Shown here: positions 1 to 12,700 of the stretch, one piece after another
Layout of the letters: each line of letters begins with the position of its first letter
Numbering within the stretch: position 1 is the first letter of the stretch
NCBI RefSeq assembly: GCF_009834535.1
Contig: NC_045696.1
Coordinates: 81,408,001 to 81,472,000 of the forward strand
Length of the DNA: 64,000 nucleotides
Direction: 5' to 3'
From: Camelus ferus
Taxonomy: Eukaryota
Notes under the pieces: generated by a model
Database searches by the model: none
Seen by the model: only the letters and a program-made list of their open reading frames with translations
Told to the model about the DNA's origin: nothing
Translations under genes and position numbers: made by a program

Positions 1-475
1 ACAACACCAATCCACCTGCTTCACCAGGCCAGTGTGGAAGGACCCGGAGGCCTCAGGAGGAAGCCTTTGGTTGATCGTGTGTTCAGGATGAAGCACTGCT
101 GTGTAGGCATGCTTACTGAGTTTATTGGCAGTTGTGTCCACTTTTCTTAAAACCATTTGGTCAACATGAGATTGCCTTTACTTCAGGGGAGAGAGAGGCT
201 CTGTCACCACAGCCATCTTACCAGATATTAAGGTGCCACATATGGCCCACCATGTAATTTGCTCACTGCAGCTCCTGCAGTCTGATGCTTAATGAAGCCC
301 TGCAAAGACACAGTGGTTGGTGAGAAACCTTGCCAGAAGAACCTGGAGAAAGACACACGCTTTGACTTGGGGTTTAGAGTCTCTGATCGTTTTAAAGCTC
401 AAAGTATCGTTAGCATTGTTTGCTGCTGCGGTATTTATCTGGCTGCTTTTCTTAATCTTCTTGCTTATTGATTAG

Positions 476-587
476 TATGGCATGGGGAGCAGCACCAAAG
501 CCTCCTTCACCCCCTTTGTGGACCCCAGAGTGTACCAGACGTCTCCCACTGATGAAGATGAGGAAGACGAGGAATCATCAGCTGCGG
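476..587 (+). CDS. TNIK: TNIK coding exon ([37 protein letters not shown])
   Basis: attag|TATGGC ... GCGG|gtaagc; 112 nt, phase 0 to 1. Confidence 0.95.
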
Positions 588-712
588 GTAAGCTGGAAGG
601 CCCCGCTGCTATGGGAGCAGCTTGGCTGTCCCGGTAATACGATGAAACTGTATCATTAGTTCAGTAGTTAAGCCACTAACTGCTTAGGCCCTGTCTTAAA
701 GGGAAGACTTAC

Positions 713-780
<68 letters not shown>

Positions 781-3700
781 GTTTTATAGGATTCCTCAAA
801 CAATTTCTATTTTTTTCGTCTCTTCTATTTTGATTCTGGTAGGAACCCAGAGGTATCCAGGGGCCCTAGGAAAAGCTGTTCCTCAGAGATCTCCAAACTC
901 ATCACATATTTCTCAAAAGCAATTCCTGGGTACAATGCTGTGCACGCAGTAGATACTTAATAAACGCGTGTTGAGTTGTGTTGAGTTCTCGGTGTGTGCG
1001 TCCCACTGCGAAGGTCTGGCTATTTTAGAGGAGTCTTGCTTTCTAGAATTCTGCAACTCACTAATCATCAGACTCATCTTAGGCCATTTGTCAATTGATA
1101 ATATGGGATTTCAAAAAGTAAATCTTTTCATGCATATATTACAAGGGATGGGGATGGTCTATTGAATTTTATGTGATAAATATTAATTCCCTAAACTACC
1201 CAGGTAGCGTCTATAAGCCTGTTTTACTAATGGATAAAATACTGCTTTTCTGAATGGCTTATACTTTATTCTACTAAAAAAGTATAATATATTTATAATT
1301 TCAAGTTTCCTTGCTTTTACTATAATGCAACACTAAACAAGGAGAAATCATAATGTTTTAAAGTCCCTTCTCCGTATCTCCACTGGTTATATTTTAAGAT
1401 GCCACTGACTTCTCTGATTCTTTTTCTCAAAGCTCTGTTTACTAGCGAACTTCTTAGGCAAGAACAGGCCAAACTCAATGAAGCAAGAAAGATTTCAGTG
1501 GTAAACGTAAACCCAACCAACATTCGGCCTCATAGCGACACACCAGAAATCAGAAAATACAAGAAGCGATTCAACTCTGAAATACTTTGTGCGGCCCTGT
1601 GGGGTAAGTTGGTGCTTTTTACCACTCATTAGTGAAGTGACCCTCAAACATGAAAGCATGTGGATCTTACCTTCAGAAGAGTGCTGATGGAATCGTGGGT
1701 GTCAGAGCCCCGACTTGGGACTGTCGTAGCCTCAGGAGAGATCAAGAGCAATTTTACATGTAGAAAGAACTGACCCCTTGTACCCGGGATAACAAAATGA
1801 GATGCAGAATGACCTTGTCACATAACAGTTATGGGCTCAAGCCAACAACGGAACTAGCTACCACGTAACACACATCCACCGTGTGCCCAGCACTGGGCGA
1901 TGTGCCCACATTCTGTCCCTGGGATCCACACAACACTCCGCAAGGGGAATAATGGTGTCACCTCCATGTCCCAGCTGAAAAAACAGCCTGGAATATTTTA
2001 GTGAATTGCCAAAAGCCATGCCAGTGATAGTAGCAAGGTAAAACTTAAAGGACAGCAAATGATGGGCCTTCTCTTTTAGTTCAAAACATCAACCTGCAGT
2101 TCTTGTGAAGAAGATCTGCAGGCTTTAACTGACCTCAGACTCAGTATAGGTGTGATGAGATTCTATCAAAATCCTGGTCTGTGTTATCATAAACATCACA
2201 TACTGATCAAGGAAAGACACAGCCCATCTGTACCCATCCAGAATTGTAGGCCTGGTTTGGGGCACCACAATCATATAAGGGCAAAAGCATTTGAGATGTT
2301 AGCAGGGGCGAGCATAAGCCTAGAAACCATCTCATGGGAGATGTGGTTGAACATGTGGTTGACACATGTGGTTTCAATGAACATGTGGTTGAAAGACACA
2401 TGAACATGTGGTGGAAGGAGCAGGCATTAATTTTACTTAGAAGATAGATGTGCAATAAGCAAGAGAAGTTGAAAAAGTTACCTGTTCGTGAATATAGGCC
2501 ATTGCACCGTAGATGGCCCCACGGGTGTGCAGGTCTGTGTGCTTGTTGGGCGTGGGGGGTGTTCATTTGCCTAGGGGTGAATTTTCAGGATTGTAGCCAT
2601 TCAGGCCACTTAGTTACCCGAGTTTTTGTAATAGGAATTACTACGCGAGAGATGGGCTGGACTAGAGTTAGTGCCTGAGAAGTCCCTTACAGTCAATACT
2701 TCTATGACTCTCGGGTTATTAATACCTTCACTTGAATTGGCTTATCATCTCCCTAACAAAGAGCAGAACCTTGGGTGTGAGATGTAAATTAAGCTTTGGT
2801 GTGAGAAGTGGAAGGGATTTTCTGCCAGTAGGATACGGAATGGGGCCCTCTATTATATGTCAGAGGTGAATAGGATAGACATCACTGCATGAATCGGGAA
2901 AGGCTGAACCTCGAGATGGGATTTATGGGGAGAGCCAAGGAGGATGGGGATTACAGGAAAGGAACACAGGCAGATTGCGCCAGCATCACAGCTGTGCCTA
3001 AGGCTCCTCTTGAGAAGAACTCTATTCTAGGTAGTAAATGGCTACATGTAATGAACGCTGCTACCACTTTATAAAAGAAAACTAATTTCATTACCAGAGG
3101 GACAGTGATTTAATTACTGTCTCCCAGCCTCTCCTTCTACACTCCCTACTGAAGTACCTACTTGTCTATTAGTTTATATTTACAGGGCACAGTTTCTTAG
3201 GTTTTACAGGGACCCCAGATGCAGAAGAGTAAAGCCCGTAAGAGTCCGTCTTGGGGTGCTTTTTAAATTTGCAGGTGTAAACCTCCTAGTGGGAACCGAA
3301 AATGGCCTGATGCTTTTGGACCGAAGTGGGCAAGGCAAAGTTTATAATCTGATCAACCGGAGGCGATTTCAGCAGATGGATGTGCTAGAGGGACTGAATG
3401 TTCTCGTGACAATATCAGGTATGGGGCTAGGATGACGGAGCCCCCTGGGTCGGGGTGGGAAGGCAATCACCTCCCTTCTGAAGGACCAGGAAGCTCCGCC
3501 CTTCCCAGCTAACACATGGCACGATGACTTGTGGCCAAGCAGCCAGAGTGACATCACCCACAGTTTGTAACTCTAGAGATTCTGGCTTTCTTTCAAAGGG
3601 AAGTCGCTCACCTCTGCAGGAGATCTAAATCAGAGGCAGACCACAGTGACTGTGTACTAATGGGCCTTTACCCTCTGCTGGGGCTCAGACTCAGCAGGGG

Positions 3701-6700
3701 TCTTTTGCAGGGGTCTGCACTCCACTCATTGCCATCTCCTCTCAGATGGAGACTGTAAAAATGTAGTATCTGCAAATCTCGAACTCCCAATTCATTCCTT
3801 CCCACCTAATGACTAAATATAAAATAGATGAACAGCAAGTTTCTACTGTACAGCACAGGGAACTATATTCAATATCTACCTATAAAGAAAACGAATCTTA
3901 AAAGAAATACATGTATGTATGTGTATGACTGAATCACTATGCTGTACACCAGAAATTGACACAGCATTATGAACTGACTATTCTTCAATAAAAGAGAATG
4001 CAAATTTAAAAAATAAATGAAATAAGGTGGGGGGAATGTAGGCTTCTGGGAGTGAGACATTTTGTAAGCAGAAATTTCCCTGGTCTCTTTCCTTCTAAGA
4101 ACTGCTCTAGCTTTAATGTCTCACTGACATTTTAGCAAGTGTAGCTAGCCCATCGGGTGATGGAGTCTGCAGGGAGATTTGAATGTAGGAATCATTACTG
4201 CTACACTCTGCAGCTTTCTGGTTCCCAAAAAGTGCTTATAAAAAAGATAAAGGGGAAAGTGAAGGCCTTAACTACTGACGAATTGAAAATGTAACCTGAA
4301 GGAGTCTATTTTCATTGAAAGTTTTTTCTTTTGGATGGTGTTTGAAAGAGTTTAGTAAATAACACCCGCCTTTTCCCCTTCCATCCCATCCAGTATGAAC
4401 CCGACTGTATCACCACACGTTAGAGCCACCTGAGGAGATGGGGAAACCCAGGATGCACCCTGACCAGCGGGTTGGATCTCTGGGAGTGTGGCCCAGGTCC
4501 CAGAAGCGTTCATCGCTCCTGGGCTTCCCCCGTGCAGCCAAGTTTGAGAACCAGCCATTGTTTCACAGAGAGAAACATAGGGCTGCTCCTGGCTTGAACC
4601 TTGAGTAAAATTTACCTCTTCAGCTGTACTCTATTTTGAGAAAATATCTTCATATGACACCATTGCCTGAAAAAATATACACAGCCTGAAAGTTGAGAGT
4701 TATGTTTTATTGAGCAGACTTTCTAAGGACTCGAGCCCGGGAGGCCGCTTAGATTGCTGTAAGAGACTACTCCAATGAGGCAGGGGAGGAGCCAGGACTA
4801 TAGGAATTTTGCCACAAAGATCAGATAGTTGCAACATCAAAAGATTACTGTCAATTAAAGAAAACCAGATGGCTCAGGTTAAGGAATTTATTGCTTTTCT
4901 ATGTATGGAAAGGTGCAAAAGTCTGGCTCTTTGAAATTGTTCCTTTGATGTGCACCCAGCTGTCTAGGGCCAGTATCCTGTTCTTTCCCATCCTGAGTCC
5001 CCTCAGGGGACACTGTTGAGGGCGGCTGCAGAGGCCAGGGAGCCTGCTTGTCTTCATCCAGACTGCTCACCGTTGGGGGCAGCAGCAGTAGCTGATGACT
5101 TGATGGCCACAGCATCCTTTGTTTACTTATTGGGCCAGCAACATTTTTCATTCACAACCCTACAATTCCCCGTTTCTTTTACCTTTCCACTGAATGCTCA
5201 GAGTTTCATCTTTGTGTGTGTGTGTGTGTGTGTGTGGTGCAGAAACCCATCCAAGAGCGAACCATCATCTCTTTTTTTGATTATTGAAGTATAGTTGATT
5301 TACAAAGTTGTGTTAGTTTCTGGTGTACAGCACAGTGATTGATTCAGCTCTCTATATATTCTTTTTCATTATAGGTTATTACAAGCTATTGAATATAGTT
5401 CCCTGTGCTATACAGTAGGACTTTGTTGTTTATCTATTTTATATATAGTAGTTTGTATCTGCTAATCCCAAATTCCTAATTTATCCCCAACCCTCAATTT
5501 CCCCTTTGGTAACCATAAGTTTGTTTTCTGTATCTGTGAGTCTGTTTGTCAACCAAGTAAATTCTTCTTGTGTTATCATTTGAGTTTAATTCACTGTAGT
5601 CCTTTATTCTGGCTAATTGCTTTCTTGATTGCTATACCACCAAATCAAATTTAAAACCATACATCTGCCAGCCACCTACCAAAAGTGGACATGATATTCA
5701 TGTTCAGGCTTCATTATGTTTTTAGTGACACATCCCCATTCTCAAAAGTGGAACCGTTTCCTGTTGTCAGGAGGCACACAGGTAGGGAAAGAAGAAAATA
5801 AAAATAGGAGCCAAGGCTCTCCACTGCCCTCGGATCTGCTCTGGCACAGAGAGGAAGAAGCATGGGCCCTCCTGTCCACCCTCTTAGGGTCGATGCCTGT
5901 GCAAGGCTTTCGGTTACAAAAAAACAGCAATAACTGCACAGTGGTTCTCTTAATTTAAGTTGTAAATGCACTTTCCTGTCAAATCCAGTGTGCAATTCTT
6001 TAATGAATTCTTTTCTTCTGGTATATACCACATCTGCAAGATATAAAATATTTTTTGATGCCTACGAGAAATCAAAGGAAAATAAGTACCCGTGAAGTAT
6101 AACCCACAGGCCTAAACTTCTGATCACATAGGAAAAGCCACGCCAAGGGACGACCCTTATCTGGTACTCAGGCAATCTCAGATAGTGTATTTAACTTTGC
6201 TCCTTGTGAATTCAGTGTGTTTAAGATCTTTTCTTATCATACTAAGAATTCTTTACTCCAGGATCACTGTACCATCATTTATCAAAGGAAACTTGTAAGC
6301 TTTTTTCCAAGTATACATCTTTTTCTGCTTTCTTATTTTTGTCTGGTACTCCTTTCAGTGATCTCAGCACCATAAACGTGTCCAGGGTTTATTTTCTGAG
6401 CCCAGATTGCCTTCGTTGACCTTGTTTCTCTCGTCTCCTTAATAAAATTCCTTTTTTTGTTGTTAGATAAAATCAAACCACTAAACTATTGCTAACACTT
6501 AAGTATGCTAAAATGTCCAGGTATCAACGATCCTTCATGTAATTAGAACGAGAATATTTTCGCTGGAACACTGATCAACCATTCCATTACAGAATTTGCT
6601 TTTACTGAATTCAGCAGACACTGCCTTTTGCACTGTGAGGAGATCATAAGAGGAGCTTGCTCAAGTAAGAAACCAGAAGATGAAGACAAATTATAAAATG

Positions 6701-9700
6701 GTTATTTGACCAAAACACTTGGACCTGTTTTAATCAGATGTCCTAGCAGAGACAATACATTGATGATGCTGGAGACACTGGTTATTGTGTATACACACGC
6801 ACACACACACACACACACACACAACTGTAAATAAAAATAAATTGATAAAATAAAATGGAGATGGGAGAGGATTGAGAGGAAAAGCTGTCTCAGGGCCTTC
6901 ACATTAAAGCTCTATTATTTCAACAGGAAAGAAGAATAAGCTACGAGTTTACTATCTTTCATGGTTAAGAAACAGAATTCTACACAATGACCCGGAAGTA
7001 GAAAAGAAACAAGGCTGGATCACCGTTGGGGACTTGGAAGGCTGTATTCATTACAAAGTTGGTAAGTCTCAAGACACAGAATTGTTCACTCAAACCAAAT
7101 TATTCAGTTAAGTTTCACTCAGCGTTTTTCCATCAGACGTTGATGATGCATTTGTGACCAGTTTAAGACACTGCTAGAACCTTAAATATACTTGCATTAT
7201 TTCTGAAAAAGTCAGATTGATGAAGTGCAAAGAGTGCATCCAGAATGAAGTCCAGTTTGAACTCCTCCTTCCCAAAGACCCATGAAACTGGCAGTGAAGG
7301 AATAAAAGTGTCATAAGCCCACAAGGACAGAGGGACCAGGAGAAGAGAAACCAGCAAACAAGAAATGTCAGCAAAACTGAACAAGGCTAGATGACTGGGA
7401 ACAGACCTAACTGACCAGGAAACACTGAATTCTGAGTCTGCAGTCAGGAAAGTCATCAAAGTCAATCAAATCACTGAACAGAACCCAGAAAGGCCCCAGG
7501 TGTACCTGAGGTTGAGGTGGAGGGTTGGACTGAAAATGAGAAGATTGTTAGAAAGCTGATGAACAGCAAATCCTCCAGAACCCAGTCAGGCAGCCACCCT
7601 CCCCGACTGCAACACTAGATGAAAGGTTGGCACAGCCAGTCTGGTGGTGGGGGATACATTTATGAGGGCACATTAATACACACGCACACACACACGCACA
7701 CACCTCCTTTCCCTGTTTAGCTCCCAAAATGTTGGCAGCCATGCTTATACTCCTAAACAGGAGATTGTAAGATTGCCTTTGGAGAGGCTAAATGGCCAGA
7801 AAGAAAAGATGTTCAGGTACTAATATTTGAAATTCCATGATAAAAGCACCTACCCACCTTAAAGTGAAGCCCAGCAGTCGGTAAGCCCACTTAGACCAGA
7901 CAGTGGTGACATCCACTAGTAGGAAGGAAACTTAAACACAAAGAACGGACTTTAGAGGAAACAAGGATAATGAAGAGTGGAGTAAAAAATTTTAAAAGAA
8001 ACTATAAAAACTCCAGAGGGATTAGAAATACCATTTCCATAAAAGAAGAAAAGGAGTTACTTAAAAAAAAAAAAGATGGAACAAGATTGGAGGAGGTCAT
8101 TCAGAGACCAAGAAAAAAATCTTGGAAATTAAAATATATTGACAGGAATAAAAAAATGTAATAGAAGGGCTGGAGGATAAAGATAAGAAATGTCCTAAAC
8201 AAAAGAAAAAGGAGAGGGAAGTTAAGAAAGTAAAAGTTTCAGTCCAAGTGGTTCAAAATCTAAATTACATGAGTTTTAGGGGGGAAAAAATTAAGAAATG
8301 GAAGGAGAAGAAAGTAACAAGGAAAGAATATAAGATATGTTTCTAGAACTAAGACCTCAAAATCTCAAATTAAAAGATTCGCTGAGTGCCTGGTATAGAG
8401 AATGAAAACAGACTCACAAGTGGGCATTGCAACATGATATTTCAGTACCCAGGAAATGAGAAGGTTCTTAAAGCTTCCAAATTATAAATAAATAAATAGT
8501 GTACATGAAATAGACCCAGAATTAGATGTTCTGAGAGTTATAGCAACACTGAAAGATTAGAAAACAATGGAACAAGGCTATAAAAATTCTGAAGAAAAAA
8601 AAATTTCGTTTAGTATTTTATAACCTATCTGTATTAGCTGGGGTTCTCTAGAGAAACAGATCCAATAGATGTGTGTGTGCGTGCGCGCATGTGTGTGTAG
8701 AGAAATTAGTCCAAGCAGGGTAGGACAATGGAGGGTTCCAGAAGACGTACCTCCAAGAAAAATAAAATGTTACTAATAGATTACCTGCCATGTTTGACTG
8801 TAATGAAGGCATTTACAACACTAACAGAAAGTTGACCTGTGCTTAAAGATAGATACACAGAAAAAAGGAAGTGAAAAAAAATTGAGAAAACAAGAAAGGA
8901 AATATAATGATGGTATAATACGTGCCTCATCTGTGACCAGTAATCATTTAAGCACAGGGTATTGACTTAACCACAAATTTTAAATATAACTATACTGGAG
9001 GCGTGGGGGAGGGAGAAACATGTATGTTTGAGAGAGAACTAGAGAGAGGAGATGGTTATGAGAGACTAGATCTTCCTCATACTACGAAGTCAGTAGATAA
9101 TATCCACAACTGAAAAAAATTTTAAATAACGTTATTAGCATGTCAGTTAGAAATATAGAAATAAATTGCTGAGGAAGTGATTGAAAGTATATTAAGGACA
9201 GAATATATAAACAGGAGAGATGTACTACAGAAAAAGAGCTCAGAGAGCAAGAATTTGGTCAGTTATCCTGGGCTGCGTAATTTCGTTAGGACACAGAATA
9301 TTTGGTTTGTTCAAACATTCTATGGAGATAAAGACTGGCATGGGTACTGTCTTAGTCTATTCAAGCTGCTATAACAGAATGCCACCGACTGGGTGGCATA
9401 AACAACAGGCATCTATTTCTCCCAGTCCTAGAGCCTGGGAAGTCCAAGTTCAGGGTGCCAGCAGACTCGGGGTCTGGGGAGGGCACACTTCCTGGTGCAG
9501 AGACAGCTGTCTTTTTGCTACAACCTTCCATGTCAGCGAGGGAGAGGGATCTCTCTAGGGTCTCCTTTTAAAGGTGCCAGCCCCTTTTAAATTCCTAATA
9601 ACTGCAAGTCAAATTTGAATAGTAAGCAAACAACAGCCATTATGTGTCTCCCTATTTGTTGATTTTTCTACCACCTTGCTACACCAGCTCTCAGCTACTC

Positions 9701-12700
9701 ATATGTGGGGGAACATAAAAGCCAGGCAAGGACACATGAAGGATATTTGTACAGATTCTCCTTACAATGAATAATTCACATCTAGATCTAGTGGTTAAAA
9801 GCAGTCCTAAGCCAGTTGTATCTTTAGATGAAGAGCCTTCAATATGAAGCGAAAGGTCCCCGGTATCCTGCAGACCAAGTGCACTAAAGGAAGTTAAATC
9901 TGTATCTATGAGAACATCCCCCACCAGAGCATCACCCTCATTTAGGGTGATGTATATGTATCATAGTTTGCACTATAATATATATTATAGATTCAGTGTC
10001 AACCACTATATATAAATGTATTTATATAGTGGTTTACACATTCATTAATACAAAAACTTACATAAATTAGTACACTTATAATTCATAATTTTTCCATTAC
10101 AGTTAAATATGAAAGGATCAAATTCTTGGTGATTGCCTTAAAGAATGCTGTGGAGATATATGCCTGGGCTCCGAAACCATACCATAAGTTCATGGCATTT
10201 AAGGTAAGCAGACATGTGATCACCTAACAAGGGCTTGTTTTCTTCAGTTTAGGTCCCCACCAGTTAGTAGTGGCCGGTCTTGCACATAGACTCGTACCAA
10301 TTTTCCTCGTGCCAATTTTCCTATATACAATAAACCTCTTAAAAGTGTAGGAACTCTTATCTGTTATTCTAGCAGTAAAGACTAAGTGTGAGTAAATGCT
10401 ATTAAATTGGCCAAATTAAAATTTGGGTACCATCTCCTCCGTTTCAGGTCTGTGCATCACCATCTCTAAGTGGCATTTAGTGTTGAAACGGTTACTGGGC
10501 AAAGCATTAATTATGATATTAGCCACCTCACTAAGGCACTCTCTGATATTTCTTCTGAAAAAGGCAGAGCAAACAGCAGCACTGAATCTCGAGGTTGAAC
10601 TGAGTCTCTTAATTTTGTAATCCTCTTAAGCCTTTTGAGGTAAAGTCCCTAACACTTACTTGATGCTCAGATATTCAAATTGCTATTGGACTTCTCTGAA
10701 ATGCAGACTGAAAGTCGGCACATGTGGAAATGGCCTAGGTTCTCTGCATCCTTTCATTTTGATCGCTTTTTCCTTTTTCATCTTATCTAAGTCTGCACCC
10801 ACCGTGGCTGGCTTGATCACTCATGAGATTCAGCAGAAGTAGGATGGGGATATGCTGGCCCTGTTGACTCCAGCTCTTGAAAGCTGACTCCCAGACGCCA
10901 GCAGGACCAGGGCTGACAGGCACTCTGATGTTTTCAGAGCTGCACGGTCAATCCAGAGCCAGTGTCAATTTATCTTCTGTTCATTCTTCCCCTCTGCCTA
11001 CGTCTCTCTCTCTTTATAGCTTCTTGGCCCTCACTTTTTCTCTCCATCTTATGACTGTCATCTTTCTCTGACCCTTTATGTATTCTTTCTTGGCACATAT
11101 GCCACGTGAGTGCAGACGCTGCCTTGGGAACATCATGAGCCTCTCTTCAGGGCTGTCACCCCCACTTCTGTCTTACTCCCTTCATGCAAGGAGCGCATCT
11201 GTGATGGGCTCAGGAAGGTAGATTCATCAGTGGAAACAGGCCTCCCCTCCCTAGCCCCACTTTATGGAGAGAAATTTTGGAGTGCATTGGGTTAGTAATA
11301 ACACTTAAAGGGTGACTCCTGACAGCTAAAGTGGTGCTGCTGTCCTGCCAGAATCTCTCTTCGCAAAAGCTCTTCAATCAGGATCCCATTTCCACTCCGG
11401 TCCCAAAGTTTCCTGCTGTCAGTTGATTTGCCAAAGTGCACGATCAAGTGCAAAATGCCGTGTTCAGCAAACCAGGCTTGGCCTGGAAAGAGCAAAGAGC
11501 AAAGACAAGGACTTGAACAGGAAACGCTGGAGCCGGCAGGGATCAAGCCCTCCTGTGTGACAAGACCCTCCCACATGTGAGAATTACGTTAGCAAAAGAT
11601 GAGGAGGGAAGGGTCTGTTAGGGGTCGTGGCATTACAGCCAACGCACTGTGGTTTCACGATTCTCCCCCAGACTACAAGGCCCAGTGCAGATAGAATGTA
11701 GATTAGATAATGGCAGAGGGAAACAGAGGAACGCTTGATAGCTAGTTGGGGCTTAGGGTCCAGATTCTAACACACAGAACCTGGATAAACATAGCTGCAG
11801 CTCTTTTGACCTTTCTAGTTAAACCCAGCCAGGCAGCATAAACCATGCGTCTTGAGGAGTACCACTCCAACCCTTCTCTGTCGCCCAAATCCAAGTCTCA
11901 GATCTCAACATTAAGTTTAGAGAAAGTGCCAGTCTGGTGCACACCCACTCCCTGAAGGACAGTCGGAACCAGAGCATGCCTGTTAATCCTGAACCGGCTT
12001 AGCACAGGGCTGGCCCGGCTGCCCACCCAGGCTGTTTCTGGAAAGGTAGGAGCCATGCATGGGCCTGGCTGTCACTTGGGAAGGACAGGGGCCAGAGAGG
12101 TGACTTCTTGAGGAAACGGCCTGAAATAGACAGGAAATTACAGCGGCATCCAGGCAGCAAGTCTGTAAACCAACTTCTCTGCCCTGGAGGACAAAGGATA
12201 GAGAAAGGGGCACAAATGGATTCTAGACTCTTCCTCCGAGAGCCAGAATATGAATAGCCCTAAAAGGGAAAGAAAGATTTCCTAGTTTTCAATTTAAGAA
12301 AATCAGACATTAACTTCCACAGGAAATAGCTAAAGGAAAAATGTGTTAAGATAACTTCTTTGAATGACATGGACACTCATGGGATGGTTTTTAAAGTCTT
12401 TTGCAGATCTCCAGCATAAGCCACTGCTTGTTGATCTCACGGTAGAAGAAGGTCAGAGATTAAAGGTTATTTTTGGTTCACACACTGGTTTCCATGTTAT
12501 TGATGTTGATTCAGGAAACTCTTATGATATCTACATACCATCTCACGTAAGTTCCTGGAAGCAGACTGCCAAGGCTCTCTGCAACAACCTGCATGTGCAA
12601 AGACATTTGTTTTTGCACATTTTTAGTGGAAGTCATGCTAACTTTTACCAACCAGTAAAGCAGATGGACTTTTGGCCTTCACTAAATAGGTGATGCTTTT

